The notes below the pieces were generated by a model. The model was not told the DNA's origin. It saw only the letters and a program-made list of their open reading frames with translations, and made no database searches. A stretch of 64,000 bases of DNA from Hydrolagus colliei (Eukaryota). The position numbers were made by a program, and so were the translations under genes. Where the stretch lies: positions 4,278,001 to 4,342,000 of the forward strand of contig CM068756.1 in assembly GCA_035084275.1 (NCBI GenBank), read 5' to 3'. Positions 50,655-64,000 of this stretch are shown here, one piece after another (position 1 is the first letter of the stretch; each line of letters starts with the position of its first letter).

Positions 50655-53600
50655 TGAATGCAGGGATTGCCTACAAAAATGATGGTCGCTTCACTTCACA
50701 GTAAATCCTATCAAACATAAGCTTTGAGACACTCTCCAATGTAAAAGGCGCAATATCAAATGTAAAGATTATTATTATTATCATCATCATTTTGGGGGCT
50801 TTTATTTGCTGGCATCCTTGTACTATATTCACGTAAGCAAAAAGAAGCATGTATATTTCAGTGATTTTTACAGCCAACACAAAACAACTTTTTGCAGCTG
50901 GTATTAACTCATGGTTACTGAGCTATCTCTTGAATGTCCAGTGTTTAAGCCTGAACATAGATACAATGGACTAATGTTATTCTGGTTACAAACTGCCAAC
51001 TACTTAACCTATTAGGACAGTTTACACCCACTCCTCTGCAATTTCTGCCGTCAGATGTCACTATTCTGGACATCACCACTGACAGGTAGTCATTTGAACC
51101 CTTTAATCTGGGCCATCATTAACCCTGTGTCAGGCCTGTTCCTGTCAGTAGCCTGTTTAAGCACTCGGAGGTGCTGCCCTGTGTGGTGGGCACTACATAA
51201 GTGTAGGTTGTTGTTTGTGCCTGCCAGTCAATAGCGAAATCCATCAAAATTAAGGCATCGCTTTAACAACTCTTGCAGCAAAACCCCACTCAAAAAGAAC
51301 AAATCATTGTGACCCACATCCAAACAACTGCAAACGACCTTTGCATTTCAAGTCCACTTTGTGTGGTAAGATTGTGTGTCTTTTGTCAGATTTTTACTTG
51401 GAGCCCATTTTAAAAAAACAATCCATCGTATATAGTCAGTATGGGACATATTTAATCGCTGTGTGCATACAAATGGTTGTTTCTAATGTGCAAGTTTTCT
51501 TATTCAATGGGCAGAATACCAGAACTGCCAAATACGATAAGGGGCGCAATGGGATGATGTGTCCTGGGAACGATGTGAAACAGAGCAGGTAGATTGCAAC
51601 ATATGCAGCTGTTGATTTACTATTCCGTTGCATTGGTTCCAAATGAGTCCGGTAATGAAACAGATCCCTAAAGCTCGAGTGCTGGATGTCGAGGCTGTTT
51701 ATAGCAGTAATCAATGGTCAGACTGTAATGGATTTTGGATTTAATTCAACTTGTGAATGGCAGAGTAAATGAGATCGTAAATATCTTTATGGACATTTTA
51801 ATTGCGCATTTAGAAGTAATTATGGCCAATTATACGAGATGTTGGAGAAATGGGTGTTGTGGGTTCCACCTATTTGGCAAGTTTAGCGATTCTGCTAAAC
51901 TTTAAACGTGTTGGTATTTGAGAGTAACAGCAACAAAATTACATTTGTACAGCGTCTTTCACGTCCTGGTGGAGTAGAGGTGCTGGTATTACTTTGTAAT
52001 ATGAACATAAGGAGGGAGGAAGGATGGGAGGGCTTTCAACCCATCTCATTCATCCTGTTACTAGCCACCTACACAACAGATTTTCACCACCCGTTTGACT
52101 TGGAGCGCAGACTGCATGCCATTTACCTGAATGAAGCAGTAATTTGCCTATTGTTTGTTCCGAATGCTTGAAAAATAGCCCAACTTCACTGAGCTACGAG
52201 GTAAATCTGCATTAGAAATCACTACTGCCAAGATGGAGTATGGTAGTTAATCCTTCAGTTCAGCATGTCACCCCCTGATCAAATCTGTCAGATCCCTCGT
52301 CATGCGATCCACAACATATGAAAACTATGTGGTGCCCGAATAATGTGTTTGTGTTATTACACACTTCAGGCAAAGACCAACAGCGACCCCTTTCCCCTAC
52401 ATTTTGGGAAAGCTCCCTGTCCTGTATCCAATTCCCCCCAAACATACAATGGCTTTAAATCTTGAAATCCTGTCTCCAAAACCACCGCTTTTGTATCCGT
52501 AGTAAGGCTGTGAAGTAAAGTCGTCCATCATCGTATCCATAGTAAAGTTGTGAAGAGCAAATTTAGGGCAAGTATTTCTTGGCACAGAGGGTAGCTGAAA
52601 AACCAAAGAAATAGAAGTCAGGACTCTTAACGCACTTAGGAAACAGTTTGGCGCTTTAACAGGAAGACAGTAAGGCAGACGTTGAGAAATTATGAGCTCA
52701 AATGGATCAAAGGACTTTCTTTAGCCATACATATTTTATGATCTTGTATCAAAGGCCATATTGCAGCCTTCGGTTAGTATATGCCCTGTACAGCTGGTGC
52801 ATGACACATGTGACACCGTGTTAACAGTGACATTTAAACATGCAGTGCACTAACAGCAGCACATGTAAATGAGCTGTCAAAGCTCACTGTACAAACACTT
52901 TGTTTCCAGAGAAGCTTCTCATTATTCAGCCATCAAGTACGGCAGATCTACATCAGACACTTCTGTTTGAGGACATTAGAACCGTTTTCCCTTCCTCGGA
53001 TGGTCTCATTTCGCACACACCGCCCCTGGCTTCCGTATAGGATTCGTGTCAAGTTAGTAGTGTGCAGCTTTCCCTTTTCAGTGTGTGTAATTACCCATAT
53101 CAATGCAGTGCAGTAAGTACATAGTTTTGTCTGTAGGGAGATTTGTTATTCAGTTGGATCAACACAGTGGCGTTTCTGTCCATCATGGCACTGAGCTCTT
53201 TGCTGATGATTTTGTTACTTGCAATGTTTCTGCCTAGATAAAGGAATTCCTCTTCTACTCCGAGAGGTTCATTTTGATGCAGTTCTGTGCCAACAGAGAT
53301 GATTTGTTTCCTTATGGATGATGCTCAGCCCAAGTCTTTTCATGCTGACAGACAGTAGGACACAGATTAAAATTATTTGACATTCATGGCTTTTTGTGAA
53401 ATCCCGGTCACTTAGGCTGATGTGGATAGTGTCAATAAATAAGTAATAATTGTTGTATTTGATACAACGCCTTTGCCTCGGGAGGACATGCTAAAGCGCT
53501 TCACAGAATTTACAGCAATACATGGTGACTGTAATTTGTAGGCAAACATCAGATAAGACTGTGCGGTATGTTAAGATTTCAGATCGTGTTTTGAAAGGTT

Positions 53601-53756
53601 CAGCAAGTGATCAAACAGTGTGTTCCTGTCAGCATCTGATACTTTATTGATTGTATTTTCATGGCTGTTTGTGGGGTATGGCTGTGCACAAATTGGATTA
53701 CCCATTGACCTATGTCCCTTCATGTCTCTTTCACGTTGGGACATGTGTTTGATTAG

Positions 53757-54155
<399 letters not shown>

Positions 54156-54397
54156 CATAATCACATGTGCTCTTTCAGATCTAAGTAGCTATCAACATGA
54201 GGTGAGCAAATAACATGAACATGTAGTTGCCATTAGCAGCAGCACCTTTCATGTATATCGTGTGAACATCAATCATGTAGAGCAAGGTGTTGGTAATTTC
54301 ATGGAAGATATCCAGGGTTATTATTCCATTACGAATATTGTGAAATGGTTGGTTATATTTCCCCTGGACTAACTTTAAATCTCTTATCTTTTTGAAG

Positions 54398-54457
54398 TTG
54401 CACAGGATATACTCCTTTCTAGATTACATAATGGGCGGATGCCAGATTCACTTTACG
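54398..54457 (+). CDS. CPNE7: CPNE7 coding exon 9
   Basis: LHRIYSFLDYIMGGCQIHFT; 60 nt; AAG acceptor. Confidence 0.94.
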
Positions 54458-55616
54458 GTAGGTCAGCACTTACGATTCGAAACCTAATGTGTATTAATGG
54501 GCTGTACTCCAACCCTGGGGATTGATTGATTGTCTTTATAAAGGGGAATGGGGAAGTGTTGGTTAGTAAAGCTTTGCTCTGACACTCCCCATTTGGAAGT
54601 CTGCAGCGATTTCTGGCTTGCAAGTCAGGAGTTCCCCAGTTGATTGAAGGCTTCGGAAAGGCTGTTGTGCTGCATTAGAATAGAGGTCCCTTCAAAGCAA
54701 TCTTGTGACTTACATTTTTAGCAATGTGAGGGAATTTTAGTTCCGAGTGACACAACAAGCTGAGATTTTGTAGCTCTGTTTAGAACTTTTTGCGGTGGGG
54801 GAAAACAAAAAGTGATTTTTTTGGAGCCTTAAAAGACGACTGTGATCACACGACAGAGATCTCAATGCAAGGATAATTCTTCTGAGTATGATTAATATTA
54901 TTATTATCTGCTCATTTGGATACACCTTTCAGCGTTACCATCAACCTAGATGATTTGGCCAATATTCAACTGATCCTTATTCTCCCGACGGGTCCTATAA
55001 ATCTTCACCTCCTTTTCTTCCTGCAGGATAGTTTTTTTTTACAGCCAAGAAACATATCAACATACCAGCACATCTCCTGCGTAATGAATGCAGTGATTTA
55101 TGTCTGAACAATATCCCTTGTGGACCTCTCTTGTCTCCCACTGTATCATTTATTGAAGTGTCATTGGGCACTTTCCACCCATCAGTGGAAATGATCAGTG
55201 TAAATGAGAAAAAACTCTTACAAAAATGATCATTTTTAACCACAAAATCAATGGAAGCTGTAATGAAAACTTTGGTTTATAGTCTTGGGTCAGTGAAGAA
55301 GTTATATGGTAAAAGTTTCCAACCAGGACATTCACTTGACAAATTCTGTGTAATCAAATTGTTTATTTATACAATGCGTGTATACACGCATTGGACTGCA
55401 TCCTATTGTTCCTGCAGGTGTTTTGACTGAGATGTTTCCTTTGTTGGAACCAAATTAATACTACAGCTTGATTTTGTAGACGTACAATGGTGTGATTATT
55501 TCTGAGGAACGTTGCATGTTTTTATTTAACACGCTCTGCCTTACCACAAGCTCCTGAAGAAATGTAGCATCCAGAGGCTAATGTTGTTAATAATGAATTA
55601 CCATGTTCTATTTTAG

Positions 55617-55751
<135 letters not shown>

Positions 55752-57084
55752 TAGTGTTAACCACCCACCGCAACACAATCTCATCTCACACTCTAGTTAG
55801 CTGTAAAAGTGTTCATGAATCTGTGCTGGTATTTTAATAAAGAGCAAGGTCTCTCTAATTTCCCCAGATCTGTATAAGCTTTTATTTAAATTCTAACTAA
55901 AGCATGAGTGTTTTGTGTTAAACCTTCTTTGGATTTCTGGCTCTATTTCCGCTTAGTAACGTTTCTCCTCTGCTTGTATTTCTTTGTGGTAAGTATGTGC
56001 AATATTTGAAAAAAAAACTTTCCAGTTCAAATAAAAATACGTAACCCGTGCTATTTAAGAATATAACTCTCGAATACAGCATGTGTAACCTTGCCAAAGA
56101 TGAACATGCTGTATTGTGTAATGTGGTAATTATCATTGGTGGCAATGATCACATCACACACCACTGTTGGCAACATCACAGCACATACTGCATTCTTCCA
56201 AGTTGAAGATCTCGTTTCACTTTCTCCCAACTTTCCAATATATCTTTGCCAACAGGTCTTTGCGGCCTCTCAGCGGGATATTATTTTTTACTCCTGCAAC
56301 CACTTAGGCTGTTACTATCTTTCCTCATTTCCTCATCCCCTCCAGAGGAATATTTCACTTGAAGTATATGGGTCTGTAGGAATGTCAGATAACATTTACT
56401 TTAGGATCCATATGTAAGCTAATGGCGTTCTTTGGATTCCCAGTTCCACTCATTGCTACATGATTAAACAGAGTGAGAGACCAGAGTGATCAATCCCAAA
56501 TCCATATCTGAGAAAGATGCTTTTAGAAACAAATCGTTAAATAATTGATCAAACTCAAATCAGTACAACTTTCTGATTGGATATGGAACACAGAACAAAT
56601 GGCCGTAATGTTGAGAAAATGATTGACAAGGAAATCGGGTAATATTTTGCCTCTCAGGTTAATAATTGTTGGGGAATGAATTAGGGCTTCAGACCTTAGG
56701 GTGAAAGAGAAGCCAAATAAAATAGATGATACTTTGACATTTTCTACCCCTGTCTGACTTGAAGATTACAATACAAAATTACGTGTGTAGAGCGTCTTTT
56801 AAGTCGGGAGGACCCCAAGGCGCTGGGATTCCGCACAGAGTGAGATTCTGTGATATCCCTGGCGTGTGTAGCTGGGAAAGAAAACAAGCGGCTCAATTAG
56901 CGTCTGTTCTGGACAGATCCGTGTGCCTGCAAGTTCCTCATTTATGTCCATTCTCTTCCTTTTCTTTGTTGCCGCGGCCCGGAGTAAATTCAATTTGCTT
57001 GAGTTAAATGTGCCAGCTTTTTGCTCCGCTTTGTATTTCAATCAAACTGTGTCCTCTCTCTCTCTCTCTCTCTCTCTTGTCTAG

Positions 57085-57139
57085 TGACAAGAAGTTTTCC
57101 GCCTTGGGATTCGGAGCTAGAATTCCTCCTAATTACGTG
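57085..57139 (+). CDS. CPNE7: CPNE7 coding exon 11
   Basis: (S)DKKFSALGFGARIPPNYV; 55 nt; a (CT)n microsatellite forms the polypyrimidine tract. Confidence 0.95.
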
Positions 57140-57878
57140 GTGAGTAATTGTTTTTGCTCTTTTGAGAGACCAAACGCTTGCCCGTGTGCCAGGCAGGTCC
57201 CTCGTCCTGTTCCTAGACCCATCTCCACCTTCCCACCACAACTCCCACTGTGTGCAGCATCTATATCTGCTTTTGTTCCTTTAACGGATGTGATCCTCTT
57301 TTCTCTCTCCCTTTGCTCCGAGCTTTTCCACCGCTCTGTGATAAAAGCTGTCTTCTCATGTCCCAGTGGTGCTTCCCAGTCATTATGGAGTCTCTCTCTA
57401 CCCTGTCCAGCTTTGCTGCTGATTCAGACGCCGCATTTAAATCTATTTAATAAAAGTCAATCTGCTCTGTGCTCTCTGCCACACAATCTGTTCTGCCCAT
57501 CTTTTCCTTTTTTTATCAGTCCCAAAGTGCTACTTGGCAGAGATTCTTTGCTACGTTGCACATGCTCGCTACTCTCCACTTCATTATTTAACTACATGCT
57601 TAAATTTAATTCTGTTTCTACATTTTCATGTTTCTACAATCATACTGTTTATGATTTGTTGATATAGATTAATACTTTGCCTCTATTGAAGCAAAATGAA
57701 CAGAAGTGCAATGGGACTTAATGATAATAATCCTTGCATTTGATATACTGTAACATCTTTTCACTTCATTGAGACGTCTCAAACTAATTCACAGCATATA
57801 TTGTAAAGTGAATTGACTGTATATTTTGATAATCTTTCAACCATTCTTGAGGCATGGTTGGAAATTACCTGTGGATGT

Positions 57879-57906
57879 GGGTGGGTGGGTGGGTGGGTGG
57901 GTGGGT
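57879..57906 (+). repeat. (GGGT)7 microsatellite, G-quadruplex capable
   Basis: Seven GGG runs separated by single T. Confidence 0.85.
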
Positions 57907-58513
57907 GAGCGCTCGTAACTCATTGCTGTGATTATCATCTCAAATCTGTTATCAAAGGCTGCAAATTTCAACCCAAAGTATGATACTCATAGAAATATAA
58001 CAGATTTTCTGGAGTGTGCTAAGCCTGAATCATGCTTTTGCAACTTAGAATGTTTCACCGGTGACTTGGATTAAAGCCTAACAGCAACTGAATCTACACA
58101 AATTCAATATAAATATCACTAATTTCTACTAAGATTTCTTCGTCCTGTATTAAATGACATTACTGCTTTGTTTAATATACAATAACAAGTCGACAGGCAC
58201 TTAAGGCTGATAGACTCCGTTTGAAATTGGAATGAAAATTAAACCGCACATTAGCCAGTTGCTATCTCCATATCCAGACTGTAAATGTGATTTTCACTGC
58301 TGTGAAAAGAAACAGAATATTTCACACATGAGATATCAAAGAATCTGGACTGCAAACTTGTTTTGTGTTTATTAATCATGCCTTCCTCCTGATTGCTTTC
58401 CCCCAACACCCCCCAAGAAAATAAATGCAATCTGTTGTCTAAAGCTGATTAGATTAGAATGGGACACAGTCCCTTGCAAAACAAAAAGGGTTTTTAATTC
58501 CTGTCGTTTGCAG

Positions 58514-58565
58514 GTTTCGCACAACTTTGCCATTAATTTCAATTCTGAAGATGACGAGTGTGAAG
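58514..58565 (+). CDS. CPNE7: CPNE7 coding exon 12
   Basis: VSHNFAINFNSEDDECE; 52 nt. Confidence 0.95.
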
Positions 58566-58823
58566 GTAAGTGGAAACATTGCTACATTCACTCCAGAGTG
58601 TAAAAGATCAATTGGCCCAGGGATAGGCGAGAGCTATCACTAATGGAGCAGAGCAAAACATTGGCCCCATTATTCTGGCACTTGTTATTCATTTATTTTG
58701 GTGCTAAAGTACAAACTATTGTATATTGGCTGTCGAACAAGGAGTTTTTAAATAAAAATGAGTTGTCAATTTAATGATCTGAATTTAAAGGCAGCTGTAC
58801 CCAACAAAATATATCTACCAACA

Positions 58824-58949
58824 AAATACTACAGATGCTGGGAATCTGAAACAAAAACAGAAGTTGCTGGGGAAACTCAGCAGGTCAGGCAGCATCCATG
58901 GAGAAAGGAAAAAGAGTAAACGTTTCGGGTCTCCAACCCTTCGTCAGAA
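58824..58949 (-). mobile_element. Second Penelope-type fragment with hammerhead core (antisense to CPNE7)
   Basis: Reverse complement of 41778-41903 with 4 mismatches in 126 nt; CTGACGA-a-gggt(tggag)accc-GAAAcgTT is retained, stem I is disrupted. Confidence 0.7.
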
Positions 58950-59344
58950 ATAAATCTACTACTGTACTCGCGGTTGTCCAGCCTTTTATGGTTGTTTCCA
59001 AACTGCTCCGCTATAATTGTAATTATTTTTATCACTCATTAGAAAGGATTCTTCAGTGCAATGCAACATTCTTAAATGATTTCCTAGTATAGTTGACGTC
59101 CCCTATTTCTCTGTCAATCTGTGACACTACACCACGTGAGCGGGCGCTATATAAATGCAGCTTGTCGTTGTCACAGGTGTCGCATGCGATCCTGAGGAAG
59201 TAAGGATTTCAGAAGGAAGAAATTGTATCAATCTCTGAATTCCCATTTAGGTGCAGTCAGTTTTCGTTACATATTATCGAACATAGTGTACTGAATATGT
59301 GTGTTAGAATAAGCCAATTCTAACTGAACTTTGCATTTGTTTAA

Positions 59345-59596
<252 letters not shown>

Positions 59597-59861
59597 TGAC
59601 TTTATTCTGACAAAAATGGCAAACAATCATAGCTCTTCTCCCTCGCTGAACGAGAGAAGGTTTACCAAACACTTTGTTGTGATTTAAAAAAAAAAAAAAA
59701 AAGTGGGGTCGGGCGAGTGACGATGAAACCCATCGTCACGGCACGAGTATCCACCCCATGGAAATATCCTCATGCCTGGAAGGGAATGTGCCCCCCTCTC
59801 CTTGGGCAAATGCACCCTACGTATATAATTCCACAGAATAATAAACGCAGGTTGTTGGTGA

Positions 59862-60437
<576 letters not shown>

Positions 60438-60680
60438 TGATTTACTTATCTATTGACACGACTTAGAAAGACTGTTTGTGGAACACTGATGTGTTGTTAC
60501 CCTTGTTGGCTGCCTTATTTTCGCCCACAAAATACAAATCCAGTCGATCCACTCTACATTATTATGCTGTGAAAAGCTTTGCGAGATGCCTCAACGACTT
60601 CGATAAGGCGCTATATCAAAATGCAGAGATTATTATTTGGATTATTTGCGTTCAAAGAATGAAACTGTGAAAAATGTTGA

Positions 60681-60845
<165 letters not shown>

Positions 60846-61500
60846 ACTGACTGAGCTGTTCAAGTCTCCAAAGAGACTAAAGATATAAAGAAGCTTAAAA
60901 GCGATTTACGTTGTGTAACTGATTTTTTTTCTCACATGCTTTTTTCTCCCGTTTTTTCAGGAAATAATTCACTCAGCAGTTATCACACATGTGTTTTTTT
61001 TTAAAAAAAAAACTTGTTCCATCCATCCTCGTGATCAACCCCTTGCGAAAATCCTCGACACTAGAAGGTGAACTTGTGACTTCCCCCCGATGGGAGACAT
61101 CGGGATGTCAGTGCTTCCTGTGTTGATTGGTTGTACAGCGTTGACAGACTGGAGTGGGGTATAGCTGTAAATACAAAGTGGGAAGAGCTTTGTACAGTGG
61201 AGAAATGTCACGAGGGGGAAAGTGTTTCTTTCTATAAAGGTAAAAGGTAATTGAAACCACTGCAAAGGAAACAACATACCTGAAGCTAAAGCAGGGAACC
61301 AGCTCAACAAAGTCAAACTTCTTACTGTAGTAATAAAAATAATTTTCGATGCAGCACCTTTCACGTTGGGAGGACATCTCAAAGCACTTCACACAATTTA
61401 CTGTAAACCGGAGTGACTATGTATTTTGCAGGTGAATATCTCTTCAGAGCTTTGAGATGTCTAGAAGACGTGAAAAGCGCTTTATCAAATGCAAGGATCA

Positions 61501-61531
<31 letters not shown>

Positions 61532-64000
61532 TAGCCAGTGTAAAGAAGCTGGTTGGAACCCAGTATTTTAAGGCATGATTTACTCTGCAACTGTAGTTAC
61601 AGTGTGTAGACTGTTTGCACGATGTTTCCAAGTTACTTTCCTTCTTGATTTGTTGTTGATAAATCACAATAATGTCACATTGATCCTAGCAATGTGAAAC
61701 ATTACACCGATTTGGAGTGGGTAGGGGGGGAGGTAATGTAATTCTGTTTCTAAGGATATATCTCCCTTGTAACTCTGGTGGATGATGATATACTATGGAG
61801 GTTGAGTACCACAACCCTTCTTGGGAAACCAGATTTGGTTCCAGTGAGCAGAACAAAATAACCAAGTGGGCACAGTGAGGCTTGTGATGAATTGGTGTGA
61901 TTCATTTTTCTGGTCACCCTGTATCCAACACAGCAAAGGATGGGGCAAGACACTTCTTGCATCTCAGTGATCTCGGCGGAAATCACCATTATAACCTTCA
62001 ATTCCTATTACTTTATATGTGTCTGTTTCTGTGTGTGCATGTGGGTGTGTGGAGGGGGGTGGGGGGAGAGGGGGTTTTGGGGGAGAGGGAGGGTGCCAGC
62101 TTGTATGTGTTTATGTGTAGAGAGGCATGGAGTGTTTCTGAATGTGTGATCGTGAACTTAAGTTCTTGCTAACTCTTGCTAACTGTAATGTATTAAACAC
62201 CCAAGCAAATGGATGAGTTTAAATTTCAAATTTGGCCAAACTTTAGGCACTAAGATCCATAACGAATTTCTTTCACCACTTCTCAAGGAAGATCCTCGTT
62301 GGACTAATTGATGCTCGAATAACTCCCATTGGGATGGGGAAGAGAAAGCGATCTTTGTGAAACTGCCCACCCTAACCCCCATTTCATGCTTTCTCCGTAT
62401 CCTCTGATGTTCTTGTCTAACATCAATGAAACAAAGTCAAAATCAATAGGAGATTAACCTGAATAAGGCAGAGATAATCGCAACAGGAAGACATTAAAAT
62501 GTGCTTCAATACACAAATTAAAGATAATGAGGGGAAAACCCCCCCAGAAAGCTATCAATTATTTTTGAATTGACTACGTCAGAATGGGTAAAATTAAGAT
62601 GTAATTTACAGCATTTGGCATCCGCAGTTCACAAAAGGAACTAGAGTAAAGCAACGCGTTTGAAATGATGCAAATGATTATACTGATCGCCACTATTCAT
62701 AGATGGTGTTGTAATTGTTGTAATCAAAGCTGTCTTCAGTTGTGTTGATACCCAGGTTACAATGAGTGTAAAAATACACCTAAATGTGTTACCAACTAGA
62801 ATCAAATCCATGACAGATTGTACAGATTATGGAGATTGGCAGAGTTCCTATACATTGGTTAAATTACCAAACCGTTCGTGTTTCGTTTTTATTCCTTCGT
62901 TTTTTTTTACTTCAAACTAGATAAGTACAGTACATACTGGAAAACAATATTGGAGGTTGAAAAAGAACAGATATAGACTGAGATATACAAACAACAACAA
63001 TGACAACAGTGCCTTTACCCCAGGGTAGCATCTCAGAGCGCTGCACAGAGACAGGATTGAACCCAAGCAATATTTCTTGGGGCAAGAAGATCTCTCTGTT
63101 CTTAAGGTTGGGAGAGAAGTAGAAGAATGGGATGGGAAGGAGGAGATTTTTTTGGTGGGGAGGGTTTAGATACATTTCCCTGAGGTGAATTGCCCTTTCT
63201 TGTTCTGTGTTTGCTTGTTCGGACCTGTGGTGGACTTTTATCTTCCATTCGTTGTCCAACTGGTTAAAACAAGGGCAGGATTAGAGTCTCCAACACAAAT
63301 TGATTATAAGTCCCATCAAAGTCCACAAATACACCTATTAGCTGAATACTCTGAACATGTTTCCAGCCTTTGCTTGATGCCTTACGCTTGCACAACATGA
63401 CTAGTGCTGTAGTTTACTGCTGATATTAATATGACATTGCAAGAGAAGCTCTTTTGCACCAGGCAGCTGAGCCAAGTCCAAGTGAAATACTATACAGTAG
63501 TTACAGTCAATTTTAATATAGAATAGTACAGTGCATATTAAGTGATTGCATTAAGTGTAAACGTGAATGCTACTTAGTTGAGTGAACAGTATTTCTACTT
63601 ACGCTGGACCTTGTGTTTTTTCAGCCAGCTAGAATTCTCTACATTATCTCTTATACTGTATATAAATGCGTCCTTCTCTTTGGCATTCCCACTCTTTTGT
63701 GAAGAAGAAACAATCCCATTACAGCAATTTAGAAATCTAGCAGCTATTTCCTTTTGGTTTTGTTTATGAAGATGAAATCTTGTGGGAATGCTTCACAATG
63801 AGTTGTGATCTACAGCAGATGAGGATATCACTCCTGCACAATTGGAGCTGTCTGTAAACTAGTGCAAGGCTTCATATCAACAGTCGGGGATGAAGGAAAT
63901 ACTGTGCTCACTCTTTTGAACGCTTGGTAGAATTGGTTAAAATTAGCTATGGTCATTCATCATGACTGAATATATGTTGTATGTGTTGTACCAAACTTTG

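Noticed and set aside
61077-61110. 3' UTR hairpin cccgatg-ggaga-catcggg as a SECIS or IRE
   Set aside because: Lacks the SECIS quartet and the IRE CAGUG loop, there is no in-frame TGA in CPNE7, and a 7-bp stem is expected by chance.

Overview
Vertebrate genomic DNA. The repeat content suggests a cartilaginous fish, probably a chimaera/holocephalan (inference). Two + strand spliced genes occur in the same order as in human 16q24. (1) The last four coding exons of RPL13 (41-2527), with an intact intronic SNORD68 box C/D snoRNA and a decayed second SNORD68-like copy in the next intron. (2) A complete copine gene, CPNE7, with 15 coding exons (31043-60845; 1677 nt = 558 aa + stop; C2A-C2B-vWA) and a probable upstream exon near 25.4-25.75 kb. 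The rest is dense with retroelements: 5'-truncated L2 and CR1 LINEs, a young modular tRNA-derived SINE with an L2-type tail, older Deu-type and AmnSINE2-like SINEs, and two Penelope-type fragments carrying minimal hammerhead ribozyme cores, one of them sense to the CPNE7 pre-mRNA. There are also perfect palindromes upstream of CPNE7, templated-insertion scars and several enhancer-like islands. Most ORF-track entries are chance or repeat-derived. Repeat family names come from recalled consensus similarity, not a database search, and repeat boundaries are approximate.
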